From contig CAZZXB010000004.1 of the NCBI GenBank assembly GCA_964658025.1, positions 14,737-41,840 of the forward strand: a stretch of 27,104 nucleotides of DNA, written 5' to 3'. The position numbers and the translations under genes were made by a program. The notes under the pieces are model-generated. The model was not told the origin of the DNA. It was given only the letters and a program-made list of their open reading frames with translations, and made no database searches. Below, in pieces: positions 6,876 to 15,232 of the stretch (its first letter is position 1; each line of letters opens with the position of its first letter). Source of the stretch: an uncultured Janthinobacterium sp. (GTDB lineage Bacteria; Vulcanimicrobiota; Vulcanimicrobiia; Vulcanimicrobiales; Vulcanimicrobiaceae).

Positions 6876-9313
6876 TGGACGCGCGTAACGTGTACAAACG
6901 AAACGTCGGGGCGTTTCTCGCCGCGATGTTCGCGTTCGGTTCGCTCGGAGCCGTCCCGCAGATCGCGCTCGCCACGGGTACGCCCGCCGGCACCGCGGTC
7001 TCGAATCAGGCGAGCGTCTCCTACAGCGACGGAAACGGCAACCCATTCACCGCGACCTCGAATACCGTCACGACGAACGTCCAAGACGCGCCGTCGGTAA
7101 CCGTCGTCGGCGTCAACACCGCGAACACGGTTCCGGGCGGTCAGTACGACGCGGTCTTCACGGTTACGAATACCGGTAACGGTACCGGTAACATCAACCT
7201 GACGTTCGGCGCCGATACCGGCAACGACGCGTCGTTCGCGACGCAACAAGCCTTCCAGGCGGTCTTCCCGACGGGCTCCGTGATCGGAACCGCGACGACG
7301 GGTTGTACCGTGACCGGTAAGACCGTCCTCTGCGACACGGCCGCGCATCTCGCGACGCAAGTCAGCGCTTCGACCGTCCCGCAGAACACCGCCATCACCG
7401 TCACCGTTCCGACGAACGTGGCCAACGGCGCGACCGCCGGCGCGGCCGGCGCGAACACGATCGTCACGCCGCTCGCGGCGACCGTGACGTACACGGCCGC
7501 GAACAACGCGAACACGACGGGTTCCTCGACCTCGACGTCGGCGAACTCCACCTCGACCGCCTCCGTCCTCGCCGACGCGCGGCTCGACATCCAGAAGAAC
7601 GTGCTCGCGCCGGGCGCCACGGGCAACCCGTCGACCACGAATTTTCTCTACACGCTGTACGCGGCGAACGGCGGCTCGGCTCCGGCGCGCGATCTCCCCT
7701 CGGTGAAGACGCTCCTCGGTTCGAGCGCGGCCGGTATCTTCGTCTCGGACAAGGTGCCGACGTACGTCAACAACACGCCGGTCACGCAGCTCACGGTCGC
7801 GTCGGTCTCGGCGACGGCGGGCGGCGCGCTCGTTTCGTCGGGCGCCACGACCTCGATCTACTACTCGAACTCCGCGACCGGCGCGGCGGGCACGTGGTCG
7901 CTCTACAGCGGCTCGGGCGCCCTGCCGAGCGGCACCACGTTCGTCGGCGTCCTGGTCTCGGGCGGCGCGGGCGGCACGGAGATCGGCGGAAACAGTAACG
8001 CGACCTCCGGCGGCGGTTCGGCGAACGCGCCGACGGCTTCGACCGCGCAGGTCACGATCACGCTGCAGATCACGCCTCCCAACGGCGCGGGTTCGGGCAA
8101 CACGAACTCGGTCGTCAATCAAGCGGACAGCGTCGTCGGCGGTAATCAACCCAATCTCGCGCCGGTCACGGGCGTGACGAACCAGCCGCAGAACGTGATC
8201 GGGCCGAACATCCCGGCGAACACGACCGACAGCACGACCGCGATCGACAGCGGCACGCAAGGCATCCTGTATCCGACGCAAGCCGCGGGCACGGCGTCGA
8301 CGCAGGGCGGCGCGTCCAACGCGATCGGGACGATGACGCCGGTCTCGGCCGCCGTGTACGACGGTCCCTTCGGCAACCCGCAGGCGACGGGCAACTACAC
8401 CGGCGGCACCGCGACCAACAACGCCGACTTCACGGCGCTGGCGTTCACGCCGACGGGATTCAATCCGACCAACACGAGCTCGACGAGCGTCGCGGGCAAC
8501 GCGACGACCGCGAGTGCGACGATCCAGTTCTCGAACTCGCTCCAGAACGTCGGGAACGCGGTGGACAATCTCTCGGTCACGGTCACCGCACCGGCGGGTT
8601 GGGGCGTCCAGATCTACGCGGAAAACGCAGCGGGCACGGTAACGGGCGGCGTCCTCGCGGGGTCGACGACCTCGAACTCCGCGACCTACACGTTCGCGAA
8701 CGTTCCGTCCGGAGCGCCGACCGACACGGCGAACATCCAAAACTACGCCGTCGTCTACACGGTTCCGGCCGGGTCGACCGCGTTCACGCCGTACGACTCG
8801 ACGGCGACCGTCACGTCGGTGAACATCCCGTCGCAGACGAACCAGACGCACAACGAGATCGTCGTCGGCGGACCGGTCGCGCTCTACAAGTCGCAAGCGC
8901 TCGATCCGACGACGTGTCCCAACGGAAGCGCGATCCCCGGATGCATCATCACGTACACGATCAACTACGTGAATAATGCGGAAGCGGCGACGGCCTGCCC
9001 CGGCACGGCACCGACGACCGTCCCCGCGTATGCGGGCGGCTTCTACGCCAAGGGCGTGACGATCAGCGAGAACGGCGCCACGGCTCCGAGCACGTGGGGT
9101 GCGACGTATACGACCGCGACCGGCGGTACGGCGCAGAACACGAAGGGCCTCAACGCTCCGGCCACGGACCCGGTGAATTCCGGGACGACCTTCACGACCA
9201 ACACGGCCGGGTCGTACGCGTTCACCGCACTCGTCGGGGGATCGAACGCCTACATCCTCGCGCCGGGTTGCTCGGGCCGCGTGACGTTCTCCGTCACCGT
9301 CAACAACCAGTAA
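6875..9313 (+). CDS. Large secreted Thr/Ala/Gly/Asn-rich multi-Ig (DUF11-like) protein, putative major fibre subunit, 812 aa
   Basis: TAATG overlap with the previous gene; signal peptide ending ALA; mature start TGTPAGTAVSNQASVSY. Repeated F/YT.TN.GN and PG..ITYTI motifs; very few charged residues. Confidence 0.9.
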   Translation: MDARNVYKRNVGAFLAAMFAFGSLGAVPQIALATGTPAGTAVSNQASVSYSDGNGNPFTATSNTVTTNVQDAPSVTVVGVNTANTVPGGQYDAVFTVTNTGNGTGNINLTFGADTGNDASFATQQAFQAVFPTGSVIGTATTGCTVTGKTVLCDTAAHLATQVSASTVPQNTAITVTVPTNVANGATAGAAGANTIVTPLAATVTYTAANNANTTGSSTSTSANSTSTASVLADARLDIQKNVLAPGATGNPSTTNFLYTLYAANGGSAPARDLPSVKTLLGSSAAGIFVSDKVPTYVNNTPVTQLTVASVSATAGGALVSSGATTSIYYSNSATGAAGTWSLYSGSGALPSGTTFVGVLVSGGAGGTEIGGNSNATSGGGSANAPTASTAQVTITLQITPPNGAGSGNTNSVVNQADSVVGGNQPNLAPVTGVTNQPQNVIGPNIPANTTDSTTAIDSGTQGILYPTQAAGTASTQGGASNAIGTMTPVSAAVYDGPFGNPQATGNYTGGTATNNADFTALAFTPTGFNPTNTSSTSVAGNATTASATIQFSNSLQNVGNAVDNLSVTVTAPAGWGVQIYAENAAGTVTGGVLAGSTTSNSATYTFANVPSGAPTDTANIQNYAVVYTVPAGSTAFTPYDSTATVTSVNIPSQTNQTHNEIVVGGPVALYKSQALDPTTCPNGSAIPGCIITYTINYVNNAEAATACPGTAPTTVPAYAGGFYAKGVTISENGATAPSTWGATYTTATGGTAQNTKGLNAPATDPVNSGTTFTTNTAGSYAFTALVGGSNAYILAPGCSGRVTFSVTVNNQ

Positions 9314-9323
9314 GTCGGGAAGC

Positions 9324-11459
9324 GTGCTCGCAGGGAAGCGACTCGCGATCGTCGTTGCGATCGCACTCGGACCGATCGTTTCGACGATCGCTCCGAGTGC
9401 GGCGGCGGCCGCGAACGTACGCATCGTCAATCAAGCCGCGCTGACGTATACGGACGGAAACAACGATTCGTTCGTCTCCGTTTCGAACGCGCTCGTCGCG
9501 ACGACGGTGCAAGTCTCGGCGGACACCCTCACTCCCAATAATCCCGCGTGCGATCCGGTCGCGGACGCGGTCTCGGCCGGTCGCACGTTCACCAAAACCT
9601 TCACGCTCATCAACGGGGGCAACGCCGCCGATGCGTTCACCGCGAGCGCGACCGCGAGTGCGGGCCGCGTCGTTTCGACCGCATTCACGAGTAACGGGAA
9701 CGCCGTCGCCTCGCCCGCGACGATCCCCGCGGGCGGCTCCCTGCAAGTCGTCGTCACGGTCGACGCGACGGGCGTTCCGATCGGCAACGATATCGAGGTC
9801 GTCGCGACCGCTCGCTCGAGCGGACGCGGCCAAAACGGCACGAGTACCGCGACCGCGACGCAGTGCGCCGTCGTCGCGACGGCGGCCGTCTTGACCGGCC
9901 TCACGGGCTCCGGAAGCGCGATCCAAAAACTCGTCGACGGAACGCCGGCGACGCAATCGCAGCCGGGGAGCGTCGTGTCGTACTCGATCGGATTCCGTAA
10001 CTCGGGCGACGCGCCCGCGATCGCGACGGTCGTCGCGGACGACGTTCCCGTCGGCGTCACGCCGATCGCGAGCGGCGCCACGCGCGACGGCAAACCGCTC
10101 GCGCCGAGCGCCGTGACGATTCACGGACAGACGATCGATCTCTCCGTCGGCGACCTCGCACCGCACGCGGCGACGACGATCGTCTTCAACGCGACCGTCG
10201 CGAACGTGACGACGCCCGGCACGGTGACGATCAACGTCGCGAACGTGAGCGCGTCGAACATCGCGAGCGCGCGCACGTCGCCCGCGGCCGTCCTCGTAGG
10301 CTCGGCGAACATCGTTTTCGACGGCACGATCGGCGCGAAGTTGCCGATCTCGGGCGCGACCGTCACGCTCGTCGATCACGGCGCGGTCGCGAAGGCCGCC
10401 ACGGCTTCGTCCGTCGTCCCCGACAGCACCTCCAACGCGGCCGCGACCGGCGTGTCGCCGTACGTCACGCAATCGGGCGGCGCGTATTACTTCACGCTCT
10501 CGCCGACCTCGGGCGCGCACGATTTCGACATGATCACGACGGCGCCGAGTTACGTGACGCGTCGGATCGAACTCAAGATGACGCCCGATCCCACGAAATC
10601 GTTTTTCAGCGTCACCGCGACGTCGCTCGACGGCTTGCCGCTCACCGATCCCGGGACGTTCCTCCTCACGACGAAATCCGTGACGATCCAAGCGACCAAC
10701 GGTCTCTTCGGCAACATCCCGATGTTCCGCACGCAAGAGGTCGTGATCTCGAAACTCGTCGATCGTCAGACGGCCTCCGCCGGCGACCGTCTCGTCTATA
10801 CGATCGACGTCTCCAATAACGGTACGCCGCTCGGCGCGACGACCGTGACCGATCCGTTGCCCGCGGGGATCCGGTACGCGCCCGGAACCGGTCGCGTCGA
10901 CGGCATTCCGACCGAGCCGACGCGTATCGGTTCCTCGCTCGCGTGGACCCTGCCGACGCTCGCGAAGCAGCACGTCGTCACGTTCGCCGCGGTGATCCTG
11001 CCCGACGTCGGCGAGTCGACGACGCTCACGAACGTCGCCTCGGTCGCCGCGCACGTCGCGACCTCGGGGACGTACGTCGTGACCGCGCAGGCGAGCGCGA
11101 CGACCGACGTGATCGCGGGGCTCTTCTCCAATCGCACCGTCATCACGGGTCGCGTCTACGTCGATCGCGACGGTCTCGGCGTCTTCCGGCGCGGGGACGT
11201 CGGCGTCGCGAACGTGCGCGTCTATCTCGAGGACGGCGAATCGATCACGACCGATCAAGACGGCAAGTTCGATTTTCCGAGCGTCCGTCCGGGACTGCAC
11301 GTCCTGCGACTCGACGAGACGACGTTGCCGCCGGGCGTGCGCGCGTTCGACGAACGCCGCATCGATCTCGAGCGGAGCACGCGCCGTCTCGTCCACGATC
11401 CCTTCGACGGCGGATTACTCCAGGACGTGAACTTCGCCGTGCGGGACGCGCGCTCGTGA
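9324..11459 (+). CDS. Secreted protein with two DUF11 domains and a C-terminal SdrD-B/Cna-B-like domain, 711 aa
   Basis: Signal peptide. IQKLVD...PGSVVSYSI.FRNSG...DDVP; ISKLVDRQTASAGDRLVYTI...TDPLPAG..Y.PG; C-terminal ITGRVYVDRDG.G....D.GVANVRVYLEDG..ITTD.DGKF. Confidence 0.9.
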   Translation: MLAGKRLAIVVAIALGPIVSTIAPSAAAAANVRIVNQAALTYTDGNNDSFVSVSNALVATTVQVSADTLTPNNPACDPVADAVSAGRTFTKTFTLINGGNAADAFTASATASAGRVVSTAFTSNGNAVASPATIPAGGSLQVVVTVDATGVPIGNDIEVVATARSSGRGQNGTSTATATQCAVVATAAVLTGLTGSGSAIQKLVDGTPATQSQPGSVVSYSIGFRNSGDAPAIATVVADDVPVGVTPIASGATRDGKPLAPSAVTIHGQTIDLSVGDLAPHAATTIVFNATVANVTTPGTVTINVANVSASNIASARTSPAAVLVGSANIVFDGTIGAKLPISGATVTLVDHGAVAKAATASSVVPDSTSNAAATGVSPYVTQSGGAYYFTLSPTSGAHDFDMITTAPSYVTRRIELKMTPDPTKSFFSVTATSLDGLPLTDPGTFLLTTKSVTIQATNGLFGNIPMFRTQEVVISKLVDRQTASAGDRLVYTIDVSNNGTPLGATTVTDPLPAGIRYAPGTGRVDGIPTEPTRIGSSLAWTLPTLAKQHVVTFAAVILPDVGESTTLTNVASVAAHVATSGTYVVTAQASATTDVIAGLFSNRTVITGRVYVDRDGLGVFRRGDVGVANVRVYLEDGESITTDQDGKFDFPSVRPGLHVLRLDETTLPPGVRAFDERRIDLERSTRRLVHDPFDGGLLQDVNFAVRDARS

Positions 11460-14400
11460 CGGCGCTCTGGGTGCGACGCTCGGTCGTCGCGATGCTCGCC
11501 CTCTCGTTGACGCCGGAGTCGGTCGTCGCGCAAACGACGCCGCGACCGGCGCCGACGCCGAATCCGGCGTTCGCGGGGATCCCGGTCGCCGTCGCTCCGG
11601 TCGCGTCGCCGCTCCCCGCGTCGCCCGCGCCCGCGGCGAGCGTTAGCGGTTCCGCGCCCTCCGCCGCGCCGGACGCGAACGCGGCCCTCCCGACGGCCGC
11701 CGGCGTCGCGTCGGACGCACCGACGGCGCCCGCCGCGACGGAGAGCGATCTCTCGCACGAGACGTATACGGCGACGGGGACGCTCTCGGCGAGCCTCATC
11801 TCGCCGCTCGACGGTTCGGGTACGACCGCGACGCCGCCGATCGAAGTCGGCACGGAAGCGGGCGGCGGCGTGGAACTCCACGTCGACGGCGAGACGATTC
11901 CGTTCTCGCGCATCGGCAAGCGGACCGTCGCGAAAAAAGACGGCGCGACGCATTACACGTACTACGGCGTCGTCTTACACGGCGGTCCCAACGACATCGA
12001 ACTCGTCCCGCTCGGCGCGAACGGCGCGCGCGGCGCCACCGTGCACGCGATGCTGTTCGGACCGGGAAAAGGGACGGCCGTCCGTGCGTACGTCGTCGGC
12101 TCGCTCGTCGCCGACGGGCGCACGCCCGGAATCGTCCGCGTCCAAGTCACCGACGCATGGGGTCACGGTTCGAGTGCGGGCGAGGGCGTGCGATTGTCGA
12201 TCGTCTCGGGCGACGCGACGTTCGCCGCGAGCGGAACCGCGATCGGCACGACCGATCCGAAATCCTCGCCGCAACCGATCTCGGCGAACGGTGCCGCGCC
12301 CGCGGCGCCCGCCCTTTCGAGCGAGCCGACGCCGTTTCCGATCGCCGCGTCCGAACCCGGCGTCGCGCCGAGCGCGCTCGCGACGGGCGCGTCGACGACG
12401 TTCGACACGCCGCCGCTCTCGGCGCCGACGACGGCGCGCACCGACTCCGCGCTCACGAACGCGAAGGTGCTCGAAGCGCGAACCGAAGCCGACGGCGGCG
12501 TCGACGTCGCGCTCGTCCCGGGGACGACGCCCGGCGACGTCGTCGTGCGGATCGAAACCGAAGGCGGCATCTCCACGGTTTCGCGATTCCATGTAGAACC
12601 GTACCTTCGCGCGCCGATCGTGGACGGGATCGTGACGGGCGGTCTCGGCTCGATTCCGGGCGCGCCCGGAGAAGATCCGGGCGTCGCCGACGGCGCGAAT
12701 TCCGAGCGCGCGCGCATCGCGCTCTTCGGGAGCGGCAAGGTCCTGCACGACTCGTTACTCACGTTCGCCTACGACACCGCGAACACGCTCGATCAGACGA
12801 CGACGTTCGGACCGTTCAACGCGAATCCGGACGAGCGGCCGTACCTCACGTACGGCGACGCGTCGGCGCGTTTCGACGAAGCGCTCTCGCGCGACCATCT
12901 CTACGCGCGCCTCGATCGCGGCACGACGAGCGCCATGTGGGGCGAATTCGAAGCGACGACGGGCAATCCCAACGCGAACTCGCTCGGCGGTCTCGACCTC
13001 CTCGTCAACGGCTTCAAGTTCGAAACGGGTTCCGAAGCGGCGCACCTCTCCGCGTTCAACGCGAAGAACGACGTCTCGTACGCGCGCCAGGTTTTCACCC
13101 CGACGGGCCTCGCGTCGCTCACGACGCTCCTGCGCCCGAACATCGTCGTGGGTAGCGACGTCGTGGAACTCGCGACGCTCGATCGCCACACGGGGATCGT
13201 CACCTCGGAAGTCGGACTCGTGCGCGATCTCGATTACACGCTCGATTACCAGACCGGCCAGTTACATTTCATCAACGTACCGCTTCCGTTCGACGCGTTC
13301 TTCAATCCGCAACAGGTCGTCGTGCGCTACGAATACGACGGGCTCGGCGGCGGCAGCGAGACGACGGGCGGCCGACTCTCGTCGACGTTCGGCAAGCACG
13401 GCGCGTTCAGCGCGGGCGTCGGTTACGTGAACGATTCGCAGGGATCGGGCAACGTGAGCCTGCTCTCGGAGAATCTCGGCGGTCCCTTCCCGGGCGGCGC
13501 GTGGACGATCGAGCACGCGACGTCGAAGGGCTTGCTCGGCAATGCCGATCCGGCGCTCGGCACGGCGACGGCCGCGAACGCGTTCGGAACGGGCGGCGAC
13601 GCGGAACGCGCCAACCTCACGACCGCCTACCGGTCCGTCAACCTCGAATTGCAACTCGAGCACACGAGCGCGGGCTACGACAATCCCTTCGGCGGTCTCT
13701 CGACGCCGGGATTACTCAGTTACCGCGCGCATCTCTCGCGCGCGATCTCGGGCGGGAGCGTCGACGTCACCTACGACGCGGAACGCAACGTCGGCGTCGG
13801 CTTCCAGAACTCGCAGAACAGTCTCGCGGCCGCGCTCAAGAAAAAGATCGGACGGCGTCTGGCGTTCGCGGTCGGTCTCGCGCAACGCGTCTATCGCGCC
13901 GGCTCGACGTATCTCGGCGTTCCCGCTGCGGGCCAAGACGTCAACGCCGTGCCGACGCCCGCGCCGATCCCGGTCGCGTCGGTCTCGCCCGGCGCCGCGG
14001 TCACGAGCTATCTCAATCCCGACGGATCGCTCACGCAACTCTCGCTCGAGGGGACGTATCAGATCTCGCCCGTCCTCGCGTTCGACGTCGCGCGCCTCAT
14101 CGACGTCGCCGGCGAATCGAGCGCGATCGCGGCGCAACCCTCGGAGACCCAAGCCGAACTCTCGCTCGCGCTCGCCAAGAAGGGCCGGCTCTTCGTGCGC
14201 GAGATGTGGAACGGCACGCCCGTCGACTCGTTCGCGGCGAGTTCGATCCCGTTCACGGGACAGACGAACGGTACGCGCGCGACGGCGTTCGGCATCTCGC
14301 GCTCGCTCGGCAACGCGACGACGGTCGATTCCGAATACGTCGTGCAGAACACGGGGACCGGAACCGACATCTACTCCGACACGGGCGTCAAGGAGAGCTT

Positions 14401-15169
14401 CGTGCTACGCAAACGCCTCAAGGGCGACGTGAACGTCGAACGCGCGAACGCGATCGGTCCGCAGGCGCTCGGCTTCAACCTCTACGGCGCGGCGCTCTCC
14501 TACGAAGCGAGTCGTGCCTTCCGCGCGACGGGCGCGTACCAACTCCGCACGGGCGCGTCGCCCGGCTCCACGCTCTCGCTCGGCGCCGTCGGCAACCTCA
14601 GCGGTAGCGTCTCGTTACTCGCGTCGCTCCAGAACGCGAACACGAGCGGGTATTCGAGCGACGACGATCGCGTGTCGCTCGCCGTCCGTCCGACGGGCGA
14701 CGATCGCGCGGTGACGCTCGTCGGCTACGAGCGCCGCAGCGGCGACGGCGCCGTGATCGGCGAGCGCACCGATCTGCTCTCGGCCGAGCAACTCTTCCGC
14801 CCGACGCGCGAACTCGAACTGAGCGGTCGTCTCGCGTACAAGCTCGACGGCGACAGTTACTATGCCGCGCACACGGCGCTCTTGGGATTGCGTGCGGACG
14901 AGCGGCTCGGCGGTCCGGGCGGCCGGCTCGATCTCGCGGCGGAAGCGCGCGAACTGATCGCGGCGAACGGCGTGACGGACGCGAACGCGACGGGCGCCGC
15001 GATCGAAGCCGGGATGACGGTCGGCGAGGCGATCCGGCTCGCCGTCGGGTACAACATCTCGAGCGCACCCGATCCCGCACTCTCGAGCGCCCCGCGGCGC
15101 CGGGGGCTCTACGCGACCTTCACGAGCGCGCTCGATTCGATCGGCGGCTGGGGAAAAGTTCACCGCTGA
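11456..15169 (+). CDS. Large outer-membrane protein: Pro/Ala linkers, Ig/invasin-like periplasmic domains and a long amphipathic beta-barrel region, 1237 aa
   Basis: GTGA overlap with the previous stop; signal-like N-terminus (RRSVVAMLALSL...VVAQ). L.ADGRT..IVRVQVTD.WG, Y.TYGD.S, LYARLDRG, RDLDYTLDY..G.L.F; alternating beta-strand pattern ending RLAVGYN...GLYATF. Confidence 0.8.
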   Translation: MTALWVRRSVVAMLALSLTPESVVAQTTPRPAPTPNPAFAGIPVAVAPVASPLPASPAPAASVSGSAPSAAPDANAALPTAAGVASDAPTAPAATESDLSHETYTATGTLSASLISPLDGSGTTATPPIEVGTEAGGGVELHVDGETIPFSRIGKRTVAKKDGATHYTYYGVVLHGGPNDIELVPLGANGARGATVHAMLFGPGKGTAVRAYVVGSLVADGRTPGIVRVQVTDAWGHGSSAGEGVRLSIVSGDATFAASGTAIGTTDPKSSPQPISANGAAPAAPALSSEPTPFPIAASEPGVAPSALATGASTTFDTPPLSAPTTARTDSALTNAKVLEARTEADGGVDVALVPGTTPGDVVVRIETEGGISTVSRFHVEPYLRAPIVDGIVTGGLGSIPGAPGEDPGVADGANSERARIALFGSGKVLHDSLLTFAYDTANTLDQTTTFGPFNANPDERPYLTYGDASARFDEALSRDHLYARLDRGTTSAMWGEFEATTGNPNANSLGGLDLLVNGFKFETGSEAAHLSAFNAKNDVSYARQVFTPTGLASLTTLLRPNIVVGSDVVELATLDRHTGIVTSEVGLVRDLDYTLDYQTGQLHFINVPLPFDAFFNPQQVVVRYEYDGLGGGSETTGGRLSSTFGKHGAFSAGVGYVNDSQGSGNVSLLSENLGGPFPGGAWTIEHATSKGLLGNADPALGTATAANAFGTGGDAERANLTTAYRSVNLELQLEHTSAGYDNPFGGLSTPGLLSYRAHLSRAISGGSVDVTYDAERNVGVGFQNSQNSLAAALKKKIGRRLAFAVGLAQRVYRAGSTYLGVPAAGQDVNAVPTPAPIPVASVSPGAAVTSYLNPDGSLTQLSLEGTYQISPVLAFDVARLIDVAGESSAIAAQPSETQAELSLALAKKGRLFVREMWNGTPVDSFAASSIPFTGQTNGTRATAFGISRSLGNATTVDSEYVVQNTGTGTDIYSDTGVKESFVLRKRLKGDVNVERANAIGPQALGFNLYGAALSYEASRAFRATGAYQLRTGASPGSTLSLGAVGNLSGSVSLLASLQNANTSGYSSDDDRVSLAVRPTGDDRAVTLVGYERRSGDGAVIGERTDLLSAEQLFRPTRELELSGRLAYKLDGDSYYAAHTALLGLRADERLGGPGGRLDLAAEARELIAANGVTDANATGAAIEAGMTVGEAIRLAVGYNISSAPDPALSSAPRRRGLYATFTSALDSIGGWGKVHR

Positions 15170-15170
15170 A

Positions 15171-15212
15171 GCGACGCTCGCCGCGCCGTCGTCCCGCACC
15201 GCGAAGCGTCGT
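15171..15212. terminator. GC-rich hairpin between convergent genes (possible bidirectional terminator or stabiliser)
   Basis: GCGACGCT (15171-15178) pairs with AGCGTCGT (15205-15212); no U-tract. Confidence 0.25.
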
Positions 15213-15232
15213 GCCGGAGCGCGACGCGCGGC

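Noticed and set aside
6794..11396. Long antisense ORFs (878 aa and 698 aa) opposite the DUF11 genes
   Set aside because: Arg/Gly/Val-rich shadow frames expected from strong codon bias at high GC; no motifs; the sense frames carry coherent domains.
10943..11455. 171-aa N-terminal extension of the barrel ORF, or a frameshifted fusion with the 711-aa gene
   Set aside because: The extension is Arg-rich out-of-frame text. The GTGA overlap and a separate signal peptide support two genuine genes.
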